This document shows positions 40,501-49,389 of a DNA stretch of 64,000 nt, in pieces (position 1 is the stretch's first letter; each line of letters begins with the position of its first letter). The DNA is from a virus. Made by a program: the position numbers and the translations under genes. The DNA lies in the IMG/VR virus record IMGVR_UViG_3300024312_000003, positions 64,001 to 128,000 of that record; one strand, given 5' to 3'. The notes beneath the pieces were generated by a model. It was not told where the DNA came from and made no database searches. It saw only the letters and a list, made by a program, of their open reading frames with translations.

Positions 40501-41221
40501 TAGTCGGATCACCACCAACTCTAAATGACGAAATAACCAATGAATCACCATCAGCATCAGTGTCATTGAGAAGAGCATTTCCTGAAACTGTACTGCCTGC
40601 AACAACCGTACCGGAATCAGCAACAACTATAGGTGATTCATTTCCACCCAGTATGTTTATTGTTAAAACTGACAGAGTCGATTGATTTGCATTTGAATCT
40701 ACGATTCCGTATTGGATGGTTTCTGTAACACTATCTCCAATCTTCATTGTTCTGGAAGCTTGATTCAGTGTGAAAGTCCACGAACCATTTGATTGAATCG
40801 TAAAAGTACCGTGGGTTGTTGTAAATGCTTGCCCGACTGTTCTTGATTGTAGTGCGTAACTTACACGATTAACAGTGCGAGTATCATTTTCCGCATCAGT
40901 GTCGTTGGTTAAAACGTTACCAGTAACTTGACCGTTATTTGATTCAGTTATACTGGCCGAATCCGGGTTAGCTACTGGGTTTTGATTAATTGGGCCGGCT
41001 CCTTCTAGTACACTTACTCTTCCTGTCAAATCAGCTATGGCTGTTTGATGTTGTTGAACTAATTGTGTAAAGTAATTACCGCCTATTTCTCTAACTACCC
41101 CGTCAGGATATCTCAAAAAAAGTTTATCTGATAGATACGAGTATCCTTGTTCGTTTCTTAACAAGTCAGTTGGAGCGGGCGCTGTTTTATTTGCTGTGGT
41201 TCTTAATAATGGTCTTGACAT
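37550..41221 (-). CDS. Fibre/tailspike-like protein 2, close paralog of protein 1
   Basis: Same architecture; shared FRVGPGMEYAE, GDSIKDRSTG, KFNFSA, PLSGG.PG. Confidence 0.8.
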   Translation of the reverse strand: MSRPLLRTTANKTAPAPTDLLRNEQGYSYLSDKLFLRYPDGVVREIGGNYFTQLVQQHQTAIADLTGRVSVLEGAGPINQNPVANPDSASITESNNGQVTGNVLTNDTDAENDTRTVNRVSYALQSRTVGQAFTTTHGTFTIQSNGSWTFTLNQASRTMKIGDSVTETIQYGIVDSNANQSTLSVLTINILGGNESPIVVADSGTVVAGSTVSGNALLNDTDADGDSLVISSFRVGGDPTNRTPGSTVNLTDVGSVTVNANGTWSITADPDYSGYFPTIQYSVTDGNATVTSGSIVVTVLPNVSNEYTQAVNWFNQYENGDVTPVNIATNPVQVRVDPSYAVNWTYPDWDYRPWFPNRNAADSSCLDFRVGPGMEYAEIGDIPWDKLLPGDRVFVYYRATPYNHVITLQNRGTSAKWIEIIGVKDSNGNKPILDATNAIEVASTSSLNSTHSSSGMIVIVPPLDGRSNNFFKPGYIHIHGLEIRNTMTPSRITDYTGANKDWGEFVAGIKVAGVDYLIVSGCYFHDNGIGVFINSTPGNGERLVSRFCHMLFNRFGNNGATGQEAYGTHNSYTEAISMIYEFNYFEPNKPGNAGDSIKDRSTGHIFRYNYFKSGSANAMSLRDPQATVSIGFTQVDSLGVNCANYSYVYANQFEFINEASMVAHGDGIFVYGGFENQVRGNGKCFFYNNICVANFDAAGYDYAGAHTDAGGVPTFDFWNTRTLQTGVSYNNLYYSKAATQGGTVPPFSAFRYQGIADFYSNFTNSFKPTEINPAATPNAGSVNQGNPYTGTLTDLNVTLSNADPGFASIQNNDFSIMNTSPYFTLNGAHKNEVILRALTPLGLPVQAPYGKKRTPVVHAVPSITGSHGIGSVLTAIPAIIGPQFDSVDYQWYRGTNPIAGQTSLSYTVVSDDGGMDLKFRCTFHYGSTTIVSESDLFHIATTTTPQNTTAPTITGSGQSGSAVTVSNNGNWTNTPISYAVQWYVRETNGSSTLIAGQTSTSFTPDNSYIGKSIFARIKATNSGGEFGEADSNLITVITAITDPDATGKFNFSALNGTSLKTLNSKWNSRQTAGQYPHDYCFCTGNGALTASYVSLWNGGVAWYENSQGNNVSVEIGMNFRNSGGNLGVVLNFDAVQGYEINCGTTEVTLHRNGTYINAWNHGQATLNKLRATRSGSVISIYVNDALLSTYDDPSPLSGGYPGLSIGIGDNDLPNEFTYWTDNA

Positions 41222-41248
41222 ATTTTCTCTCTATTTAAACTTTAAACT

Positions 41249-41275
41249 TAAGAGGAGGGAAATTCCCTCCTCTTA
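41249..41275. terminator. Hairpin between fibre genes 2 and 3
   Basis: TAAGAGGAGGGA-AAT-TCCCTCCTCTTA. Confidence 0.8.
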
Positions 41276-41276
41276 C

Positions 41277-44200
41277 TTATAACGGATCCAATATAACGGC
41301 TATTTTAACAAGATATTGCTGTCCACCATATACTGCAGTTAATGTAGTATTACCAACATCTGGAGACACTCCGTGTGCTACCAAATGAGTTGGATCTACT
41401 TGACTTAACAGTAGTCTGGCCCCAACTATCCACGGACTGCTTATTGTCGGGGCTTCATTACCCCACGATCTACCTGCGGAGAATCCAGCAATTACTCTTT
41501 GATTTGCAGATGTTGCTGATATGGTTATTTCTCCATTCACACCCGATGCACCTTGTGAATCACCAACGCTGTTAACATAAGTACCAGCCACTTCATAAAC
41601 AACAACGCTACATGTATCTTGAACATTAGACGTTCCAGTTACTGTAAAGTTAGAGCCAGTATTTGTGACAACACAAGTATATAGTTGATAAAAAGCAGAA
41701 TTATATCCAATAGAAATATCTTGTCTCTTTACCCATGCATTACCAAAATTATCACCGATACTCTGCCCATTCATTACAAAAGCAACAAGAGTGTTACCTA
41801 CTACAGGCGCAATGCTCATGACAACTGCGGCAGTCATTGCTGGAGTCGGCCATGTGTCTGATCCAGATGCAATTTGAACAATTTCTGCTGCTGATGCATT
41901 TGTAACTGTCCTAACATCGGAATAAACAACGGTCGTACCTACAACATTAGTTGCATCATATCTGACTCTTATTTGTCCAAGATGTGATGCTGTCAGTAAC
42001 AATGTTGGACCGTTTTCACCAACAATATCGCTCCAGCCTGAACCAGTATTTACTTGCCACTGTCTGATTACTGTATCTGGATTATAAAGCCAAGACGGAT
42101 CAGTGACTGATACTGTTTCACCAGGGACGTATATATCTAAAGAATCTAAAGCCGGTTGTTGAGCAGCCACAGGAGCAACCCTAGGAGGAGCTGTAGGATC
42201 TCTTTCTAAAGCTCCTAAGTCAGTTGATCCAATATTAGTCGGTCTTAAAGATATACCATTTGTTCTTGGATTAGGTTGTCCTTGAACAGGGTGATCTGTA
42301 CCGACACTGGCAGGAATACCAGCAGGTAATGAACTATATATGTCTATTGCAGGTGATCCTGCTCCAAGTGACAAGTCGTGAAATTCTTTATTGATAAATA
42401 CTGGATCAGAAGCAATAATTGTTCCTAATCTATTAACAGCGTGGGATGATGAAGTAGCACCACGAGCAGCACTGGCATCTAGGATGGTGGTATATCCCTG
42501 TATTAGGTTTGTACCTCTCAAATTGAGAGTACCTGCCAAATACAGTAGATTCAATCTGGCGATAGAACCATCAAACAAAATCACATTACCCCATGCTTCA
42601 CACACTGTTTCAGGCCATGATAGCTGTATGAAGAATTGGTCGGCTTGATTGTAATTACTGTTATGGTAGTAAGTATTGCTAAAGAAATACAATTTCTTTC
42701 TGTGATTTACAGCAGCTGATCCACTGCCTTCCCACTCACCACCGCCTTCTGACCCATCTGATCCAAAGTGAATAGGTCTCCAAGCATTACCTGATAAATT
42801 CTCATCATTGATCAGAACATTACCATAAACGTAGTCAATGCCAAAATCAGGATATTCGACAAACGCATCTGTAAATTCAGGATGCACCATGTCAATCATT
42901 CTGGATGTAGACTCTATCCAATTATAACGAATGACTTCTTTACCGACTCTACTCTTATAGGTAGATCCACCAGCTCCATTGCGACCTCTGCCAAGGTAGT
43001 TACCTTCTATTAAAGCGTCGTAGCCTTGAATGTAACATCCGTGTTCATAACCGCTACCATTTACACCATTACCGTAAATGCGGTTATATTGTATTTTAAT
43101 TCTCTGACAAGATTCACCAATACCGCCTGGTTTTGACATGGTGAATATGCCTTGAGAATTATCGTATATGACGCAATTTCTAACAGTCACATCACTGGTA
43201 GGTTGTATCCAAATACCTGCGGAGAATCCATACTGTACAGTAGCACCTAGTGAATTGGTATAGGAAGCATCAGCAGCAGCTCCTCTTATTTCCAAATTCT
43301 GGATAATGATCCATTCTGGATTTTCACTAGTTGGAGTTCCAGGTCTTCTTTTTATCGTAATTAGACCAAAGCCTTGATTATCTGTAGTAAATATGTCGGT
43401 ATCATTACCAGGCATGCTTCCTACAGCAGTCGTCGCATTTCTACCATCGATGATTGGTCTATTACCATCCTCATCAGTTACACCGTTTATGATGAAAGGT
43501 GCACTAGCTGTCGCCTTAACGGCAAAAGCAAATTTCGTCTTGTAAGGTAAGGCTCTGTGGTGTATGTTAACAACATCACCAGCCATCATACTCGCCCAAG
43601 GTACAGTGTCTAATTCTTCATACGGAAAATCTGGACCAACATCGAATGTTCTTGTTCCAGTTATTCTGGTTGTAACTGGATTGCTATCGATGTTTATCAA
43701 ACCACCTTGCAATACAATTGTAAGTATTCCAGTTCTCGAATCCGTTCCATCGGTTACTAAATATCTGATAATTATGTTGCCAGACATTTCAGAACCAGTT
43801 CTGTTACGAATCCAAGTTCCATCTGCGTTAAGTCTGAAGTTACCATAATCAGGAACTATAACAGTGGTTCCCGGAGAATGAGTACCAGCAACGCCATCAA
43901 TTGTAAATGACACTATGGATAAAGTATCTGATTCATAATCTGAATCGTTACTCAAGACATTACCTTGCTGTGATGTTGCTCCTTGAGTAGATACTAAAGT
44001 ATCATTAGATACAACGGGAGAACTATTTGTGCCGATTATGTTTACTTCTAATTCGCTGAATTTTCTACCACCAGATGTGTCTTCAACAGCGCATAGGAAA
44101 AATTCACTTACAGACTCACCTATTTTTAAAGCACGAGCAGCATTGTTTGGCGTGAAAGAGAAACTACCGTTTCTATTAATAATCATACTACCATAAGCAG

Positions 44201-44564
44201 TACTAAAAGAAACTCCAACATTTCTCGTAATAGAGTTGTTTTCGACATACGTTACATACAGCTCATCTCCGACGTCCGCATCGCTGTCATTCATCAGAAT
44301 ATTACCGTTTATGGTGTTATCTGAATCATTACCGCTGAATAAATCATCAATTGCGTTTGGTAATTTGTTTATTTGAAGAAGAGCTTGTTCTAGCGATGAT
44401 ACTCTGCTAAGTAACTCCTCACCACCAATTTGTACAATACTTCCGTCTGGTTTCTTTATGACTAATTTACCAGATACAAAAGAATATCCCATCTCTCTGA
44501 TAAGCATGTCAGTAGGATCTATATTTGGTTTATTTTCTGTAGACCTTGTTAAAAATCTATTCAT
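41277..44564 (-). CDS. Fibre/tailspike-like protein 3, diverged paralog with a different C-terminal domain
   Basis: Same N-terminal motif and VCBS-like repeats; beta-helix VRNCVIYDNSQGIF..IQYNRIYGNG; different C-terminus. Confidence 0.8.
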   Translation of the reverse strand: MNRFLTRSTENKPNIDPTDMLIREMGYSFVSGKLVIKKPDGSIVQIGGEELLSRVSSLEQALLQINKLPNAIDDLFSGNDSDNTINGNILMNDSDADVGDELYVTYVENNSITRNVGVSFSTAYGSMIINRNGSFSFTPNNAARALKIGESVSEFFLCAVEDTSGGRKFSELEVNIIGTNSSPVVSNDTLVSTQGATSQQGNVLSNDSDYESDTLSIVSFTIDGVAGTHSPGTTVIVPDYGNFRLNADGTWIRNRTGSEMSGNIIIRYLVTDGTDSRTGILTIVLQGGLINIDSNPVTTRITGTRTFDVGPDFPYEELDTVPWASMMAGDVVNIHHRALPYKTKFAFAVKATASAPFIINGVTDEDGNRPIIDGRNATTAVGSMPGNDTDIFTTDNQGFGLITIKRRPGTPTSENPEWIIIQNLEIRGAAADASYTNSLGATVQYGFSAGIWIQPTSDVTVRNCVIYDNSQGIFTMSKPGGIGESCQRIKIQYNRIYGNGVNGSGYEHGCYIQGYDALIEGNYLGRGRNGAGGSTYKSRVGKEVIRYNWIESTSRMIDMVHPEFTDAFVEYPDFGIDYVYGNVLINDENLSGNAWRPIHFGSDGSEGGGEWEGSGSAAVNHRKKLYFFSNTYYHNSNYNQADQFFIQLSWPETVCEAWGNVILFDGSIARLNLLYLAGTLNLRGTNLIQGYTTILDASAARGATSSSHAVNRLGTIIASDPVFINKEFHDLSLGAGSPAIDIYSSLPAGIPASVGTDHPVQGQPNPRTNGISLRPTNIGSTDLGALERDPTAPPRVAPVAAQQPALDSLDIYVPGETVSVTDPSWLYNPDTVIRQWQVNTGSGWSDIVGENGPTLLLTASHLGQIRVRYDATNVVGTTVVYSDVRTVTNASAAEIVQIASGSDTWPTPAMTAAVVMSIAPVVGNTLVAFVMNGQSIGDNFGNAWVKRQDISIGYNSAFYQLYTCVVTNTGSNFTVTGTSNVQDTCSVVVYEVAGTYVNSVGDSQGASGVNGEITISATSANQRVIAGFSAGRSWGNEAPTISSPWIVGARLLLSQVDPTHLVAHGVSPDVGNTTLTAVYGGQQYLVKIAVILDPL

Positions 44565-44608
44565 GATTGTTCCACGGTTAATCTTAACACATTATAATTC
44601 AGCATAAC

Positions 44609-44640
44609 AGCATAAAGAGGGGAATTCCCCTCTTTATGCT
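44609..44640. terminator. Perfect palindrome upstream of the fibre block
   Basis: AGCATAAAGAGGGGAATTCCCCTCTTTATGCT. Confidence 0.85.
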
Positions 44641-44643
44641 TTA

Positions 44644-45042
44644 CTATTTGTTCATATATGCGTTTAAAGTGCGCTTAAAGCAATCATATCTTTCCATCGG
44701 TGTTTTAAGATGATCTTTCTGATAACGCAAATAATCCAAAGTATTAGTTACGTGATCAAAATTGGAAGAAAGATAAACTCTGACTACGCAACTTTTACAC
44801 AGCCTGTTATATACAAAGCAATAACATTGTTCAAATAATTCATTTGTAGATTTAACTGATTTAAATCCTAGTAGTTCGAGATATTCTTTTACATTAAGAT
44901 TATCGTCAGCCACAAATGAGTAACCTTTATTTGACTCATTAGACTCAAAATCATCTAAATCAAAAATCTCAAAGAAATGAAAAGGATTACTATTTAGTCT
45001 TTGAATAACTTGAGGAAATAAACTATCAATGTGTCTAATCAT
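44644..45042 (-). CDS. Hypothetical protein
   Basis: Co-directional ORF. Confidence 0.55.
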   Translation of the reverse strand: MIRHIDSLFPQVIQRLNSNPFHFFEIFDLDDFESNESNKGYSFVADDNLNVKEYLELLGFKSVKSTNELFEQCYCFVYNRLCKSCVVRVYLSSNFDHVTNTLDYLRYQKDHLKTPMERYDCFKRTLNAYMNK

Positions 45043-45370
45043 TTTGTTTCTCTCATTTTAATAAAGGCTTGCTCTCTACAGTATTCAACAACTTGAGCGA
45101 CGGTATATCCGTCAGCATTGATGATTGATTGATTGATTGAGTAGTTCTGGTCAATCGATAAGTATTTTGTATTCTTTAAATTCACCACCGTTTAAACTTA
45201 AATATAGATTATCGCCTATTTCTAAATTATCGAATGATTTTATTTCTTTAAGACAAAATGAGTTGATGACATCGATGTTATCACTTTAGACAAAAAAAAA
45301 ATAAGATAGCAACATATTTAGCAATGATGGTTACAAACGCCATCATTGCTAAACTGCTTAATGAAAGATG

Positions 45371-45447
45371 TGGTGGGTCCGGAGGGACTCGAACCCCCGA
45401 CCTGCTGCTTAGAAGGCAGCTGCTCTATCCAGTTGAGCTACGGACCC
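45371..45447 (-). tRNA. trnR: tRNA-Arg (TCT)
   Basis: GGGTCCGTAGCTCAACTGGATAGAGC, GCTGC-CTTCTAA-GCAGC, GGGGGTTCGAGTCCCTC, CCA; 77 nt. Confidence 0.97.
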
Positions 45448-45488
45448 ATTACCATTCTTTCTACATAACCTAGGTTGGTTGTGTAAAA

Positions 45489-46211
45489 TTATACAGCATC
45501 ATGTACTTTCAATCCAAATGTCTTTGGGAAATCATCCATTAACATTAGAAATTTATCTCTGATGAAATCCATATCCTCTTCAATTTCTTTCAATGTCTTT
45601 ACAACAAAAGGATCGTTTTTATCAATTTCACTCTTAGCTATTTCCTCTTCAACTTTATTTTTTCGATCAAGTAAATCTGATATTTTAATCTCGACTTGTT
45701 CGTTCAGAATGTCGATGACCTCAGTAACAGTTTGAATGTTACCAACATAAAAAGGAGGGTTCGAATGCCCGCATGCTTTAAAAGCTTCTTTATAGATCTT
45801 AGCCACATCATCGTAAATATGCAAACCAGCGTTTGCGGCGGATTCAAGATGATAACTTTTAGATCTAGAAAAACGAGCATCTAAACTCCAAAGAGATCGA
45901 GGAATATAAATCGATCCATTATCCTCACCTGAAACATTATATTCTGAAAATCCATAATTGCAGATGGAGTGTCCAATTACGCCAGTCAAGACATATTTTT
46001 TTGTACCGGCATCCTGGAGTTCAGAATCATCTGCATCTTTTACAATCAAATTAGAATTACAACTCATCGGAATGATGAATCGTTTATCTGCAATAGAAAA
46101 CATCTTTTGCAGAGGCAAAACCATATATGTTCCATTAGGCTTTGCTTGATAGTTAGAGAATGCAAAATGTTTTCCACTAACAACAATCAGATCTGCACGA
46201 AGATCAGTCAT
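45489..46211 (-). CDS. Hypothetical protein with C-terminal coiled coil
   Basis: 240-aa ORF overlapping the next gene by 4 nt. Confidence 0.65.
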   Translation of the reverse strand: MTDLRADLIVVSGKHFAFSNYQAKPNGTYMVLPLQKMFSIADKRFIIPMSCNSNLIVKDADDSELQDAGTKKYVLTGVIGHSICNYGFSEYNVSGEDNGSIYIPRSLWSLDARFSRSKSYHLESAANAGLHIYDDVAKIYKEAFKACGHSNPPFYVGNIQTVTEVIDILNEQVEIKISDLLDRKNKVEEEIAKSEIDKNDPFVVKTLKEIEEDMDFIRDKFLMLMDDFPKTFGLKVHDAV

Positions 46212-46750
46212 TTCTTGTACCAGTGTGAATTAACGACATTCTTCAATTCAATCAGTTCAAAATCAGATGAAACGAGCCGATCCGACATGCTGACAATTTT
46301 GAAGAACCTTTCCTGATCAATTGGTTGTTCACTGTTGGCCAGAACTCTGGCTGCAAATTGACCAGTCCCAAAAAAGTAATGTGATTCAAAATCAACATCA
46401 TTAATGGTGACTGGATTTTCTTTATCAACTGGCTCAAAATCAATAATTAGATTTTGATCACCATAGATAACAATCACGGAACAATGGATTTTGATTCTTT
46501 CGAATAAAGCTCCCAAGTCTTTTTGAAGATCGCTGCCGATGCCATTTTTCATCACATGAACATCAATGATATTGCGAACATCATTCCAGTCTTTCTTGCT
46601 GAGAATGTGACCGCAACAAGCACCAGCGAACTTATTGTCTTCAGATAGATGGAGTTTCGAAAGTTTAGAATCAATCAAAACATGACCACGAAGATCACAT
46701 ACTTGCTTATCTGCTGCAAGACATGACCTATAAAGCATGACTAATGACAT
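46208..46750 (-). CDS. Possible degenerate Ntn-hydrolase (HslV/proteasome-beta-like) fold protein
   Basis: MSL....CLAAD...K....AG..G...FFGTG.FAA pattern; catalytic N-terminal Thr replaced by Ser. Confidence 0.45.
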   Translation of the reverse strand: MSLVMLYRSCLAADKQVCDLRGHVLIDSKLSKLHLSEDNKFAGACCGHILSKKDWNDVRNIIDVHVMKNGIGSDLQKDLGALFERIKIHCSVIVIYGDQNLIIDFEPVDKENPVTINDVDFESHYFFGTGQFAARVLANSEQPIDQERFFKIVSMSDRLVSSDFELIELKNVVNSHWYKK

Positions 46751-46792
46751 AATGGCATAAGGAGTGGGAATTACCCACTCCTGTTATGTTGT

Positions 46793-47107
46793 TTACATGT
46801 TGATGGGGGCGCGAGAACAGCCTTGACCAGAAACCTTAACAGTTTTGGCTGGCTTGGACGTTTGCTGCTCAACAGCCACGCCTTCTTCATTGAAAGTCAA
46901 AATGTCTCCAACGGAAAGTCCGGACTTGGAGATAAATTCAGCTTCAATCAAGGAACCATTGATTTGTTCAGACTTCGATTCATCCTTGATTCGAAGAATG
47001 ACAGTATCGTTCAGAGCAATTACTTCAGCTTTGACTGCGGATTGGAAATCAAAGGCGCCTGGCTTCTTAATGAGTTTGATTCGTTGCAGATTAGGTTTGC
47101 TCAACAT
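46793..47107 (-). CDS. Hypothetical protein, probably highly expressed
   Basis: AAGGA RBS; GC-richer codons; promoter-like CACATATCAC upstream at about 47148-47157. Confidence 0.7.
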   Translation of the reverse strand: MLSKPNLQRIKLIKKPGAFDFQSAVKAEVIALNDTVILRIKDESKSEQINGSLIEAEFISKSGLSVGDILTFNEEGVAVEQQTSKPAKTVKVSGQGCSRAPINM

Positions 47108-47170
47108 GGTAATTTCCTTTTTGAAAATATGTACGAGAGTACACTATTGTGATATGTGTTTAAAAAACTT

Positions 47171-47581
47171 TTACTTTTTAACTTCCATGTTTATTCCGCA
47201 TTTAGCTAACATGCTAAGAATTATTTTAGAATTAGAAGTAGCTTGATCGAAGAAAATATATCCAGTATCGTCGTTTTCTTCTATTTTATTCAAATCTCGA
47301 ACCGCGCATATGTGATATGTTGAGTTGGGAAGTGATAAAACTAAAAACGTCCTGATAGATTGTTGCCAGATATTTGGATTGTTTATCTGGATGGATTCCA
47401 AAGCTGCAGCGCTACCTGCGCAGTCATCCATTATTGGTAATGCTAAATCAATACCTAATACAATCCCATGTGGAATTTTTTGTCCATTTATATCGACACC
47501 ATATACATAATTCATTAATTCAATTTTTTTATCCTCGAGATCAGGATATGTGTATTGCGGATCTGCTGGAGTTCTAAACAT
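47171..47581 (-). CDS. Hypothetical protein
   Basis: Co-directional ORF. Confidence 0.6.
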   Translation of the reverse strand: MFRTPADPQYTYPDLEDKKIELMNYVYGVDINGQKIPHGIVLGIDLALPIMDDCAGSAAALESIQINNPNIWQQSIRTFLVLSLPNSTYHICAVRDLNKIEENDDTGYIFFDQATSNSKIILSMLAKCGINMEVKK

Positions 47582-47583
47582 TT

Positions 47584-48189
47584 TTAATCAAGTAAAGTTG
47601 TTGAAATCAAGCTAAGTACTTTATGTTTCTTAGTAAACTCACCATATTTTACAAGATGTTTAACATTAGACTTGTCGTTTGAAATGACTCCTTTATCCAA
47701 ATTATCATTCCAAGCAATGTATAGACTTTCGTTATCTAATTTCAAATCAAACATCTCGGTATTGGCGGATTTATCAACAATTAAACTTATTGTATCTGCC
47801 AACAGTTTAAGTCCTTCCGGTGTATCTACATGATAGAATCCACACCCTAATCCTTTATAAAACAAACGAGGATTAGGAGAAGTACAATCACCACCAACGC
47901 GAATAGATTTATCTGTATTCCACAATCTTTCGGCTGTCAGAGCATCAATACCTGGTCCTTTACAGATCCAGTAACTCCAGGCTCGTTTAAATTCCCATCC
48001 GTGATGAGTTCCGTAAACGCAAGTCTTTACTTCTCCTGACTGAGATTTGATTGCTTTACAAATAGTACTGTCAGGATCATAAACATAATCATTTCCTTGG
48101 TATATGTTTTTAATCCCAGCCGCTTTTAACTCAGCCATTATTTTTTGATCGTTATCGGGACGATCGCCGGCTAGATTTTCAAAGCTCAT
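47584..48189 (-). CDS. Conserved phage hypothetical protein (W.FKRAWSYW..G motif)
   Basis: 201-aa ORF. Confidence 0.65.
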   Translation of the reverse strand: MSFENLAGDRPDNDQKIMAELKAAGIKNIYQGNDYVYDPDSTICKAIKSQSGEVKTCVYGTHHGWEFKRAWSYWICKGPGIDALTAERLWNTDKSIRVGGDCTSPNPRLFYKGLGCGFYHVDTPEGLKLLADTISLIVDKSANTEMFDLKLDNESLYIAWNDNLDKGVISNDKSNVKHLVKYGEFTKKHKVLSLISTTLLD

Positions 48190-48195
48190 ATTTAT

Positions 48196-48732
48196 TTAGC
48201 TCAAAATTTTACCAGTACCAGTACTAGCAATTTCCGGTAGACTAAGATTCTGTACGAGACTCATACTACAAATAGGACATCTAGGACGATTCATTGAATT
48301 TACTGGATGATTTTCCAGTTTCAGAAATGTATGACCGAGATCACACTTATCAATTACTGGATTTAAAGCCAATACTTGTTTCGAATGCTCGCTTAGTTCT
48401 TTGTATTCTGATTTAGATGCATTATCAGTCAAAGATAGAATTCGATAAGCTGTAGATCCCTTATATGTCAAAGCATAGTATCCTTCTTCAGCCTTAACGA
48501 CAATAGGACACATGTATCCAAGACTGATCAGTCTAGAATTACCTGATTTAGACGGTACATCGCCCGCACCAAGAGGACCATTCTTAAATGCGGCTCTGAT
48601 GACATCTCTTTCAGCAGACGTAAAGTCCTCTACTTCCTGAATGATTTTCAAGGCAGCATTAATTTCCTCTTGAGAAGATAGCTTTGTTGAGACATGAATG
48701 ATCTCGAATAGGTCTTTGAGTTTATAAGTCAT
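48196..48732 (-). CDS. Two-module hypothetical protein with winged-helix-like part and C.H/CP.C metal motif
   Basis: GDVPSKSG..RL...G; CDLGH...HP...RCPICS. Confidence 0.6.
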   Translation of the reverse strand: MTYKLKDLFEIIHVSTKLSSQEEINAALKIIQEVEDFTSAERDVIRAAFKNGPLGAGDVPSKSGNSRLISLGYMCPIVVKAEEGYYALTYKGSTAYRILSLTDNASKSEYKELSEHSKQVLALNPVIDKCDLGHTFLKLENHPVNSMNRPRCPICSMSLVQNLSLPEIASTGTGKILS

Positions 48733-48938
48733 TTAGATTGCCTAACTGGAATTGAAATAATCTTACCACTACCTTGATCAATAATAGACCCGTCGACTTG
48801 TTTGATATGAACTGGGATGTCTTCCCAGTCAGTAGCTATTTCCATAGTAATGTTATTTTCATAAAGAGTTCTAAATTGAAGTTTATCAGGTTCTTCACTA
48901 TTTTCTACTCTCAAGTAACGCAGTTGACATTTAAGCAT
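48729..48938 (-). CDS. Hypothetical protein
   Basis: Co-directional ORF. Confidence 0.55.
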   Translation of the reverse strand: MLKCQLRYLRVENSEEPDKLQFRTLYENNITMEIATDWEDIPVHIKQVDGSIIDQGSGKIISIPVRQSK

Positions 48939-49008
48939 TAGAAATAAATAAAGTTAGTTTACGACATATACAGTGGTAGGAATAACTTCCTACCACTGTA
49001 TGTTGTTT

Positions 49009-49099
49009 TGGCGGAGAGTGAGAGATTCGAACTCTCGATACACTTTTGGTGTATGCTCCCTTAGCAGGGGAGTACCATCGGCCACTCGGTCAACTCTCC
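49009..49099 (-). tRNA. trnS: tRNA-Ser (GCT)
   Basis: GGAGAG acceptor, CTCCC-CTGCTAA-GGGAG, long variable arm, G-CCA; 91 nt. Confidence 0.96.
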
Positions 49100-49102
49100 A
49101 AA

Positions 49103-49273
49103 TCAATGTTTGTAGAAAAGCTTTCTTGCTTTTCTAATTTTCACTTCAGTGAATTTCTTAGCGTGTTTATTCCAGCCAGAAGCTATCATCTCATCACTGA
49201 CTGTCTTTAAACAATTTTGCCATCTCCTAGGATCAATGTCACTTGGCTTAGCACACACTAGTAAAGTAGGCAT
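49103..49273 (-). CDS. Small basic protein between the two tRNA-Ser genes
   Basis: Start MPTLLV at 49273 after AGGA; the upstream part of track ORF 49103..49369 is tRNA sequence. Confidence 0.5.
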   Translation of the reverse strand: MPTLLVCAKPSDIDPRRWQNCLKTVSDEMIASGWNKHAKKFTEVKIRKARKLFYKH

Positions 49274-49293
49274 TTCTTTTTTTCCTAAAATGT

Positions 49294-49383
49294 TGGCGGA
49301 AGCGGTGAGATTCGAACTCACGGTAGGATCTCTCCTACACCGGTTTTCAAGACCGGGGCCATAAACCACTCGACCACGCTTCC
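49294..49383 (-). tRNA. trnS: tRNA-Ser (TGA)
   Basis: GGAAGCG acceptor, CCGGT-CTTGAAA-ACCGG, long variable arm, G-CCA; 90 nt. Confidence 0.96.
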
Positions 49384-49389
49384 TAATCT

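Noticed and set aside
45122-45140. (GATT)4 microsatellite as a phase-variation tract
   Set aside because: Only four units, inside a doubtful ORF of about 50 codons; expected by chance in AT-rich DNA
49103-49369. 88-aa ORF as given in the track
   Set aside because: Its first 30 codons are tRNA-Ser(TGA) read as protein; only the part from 49273 is plausible
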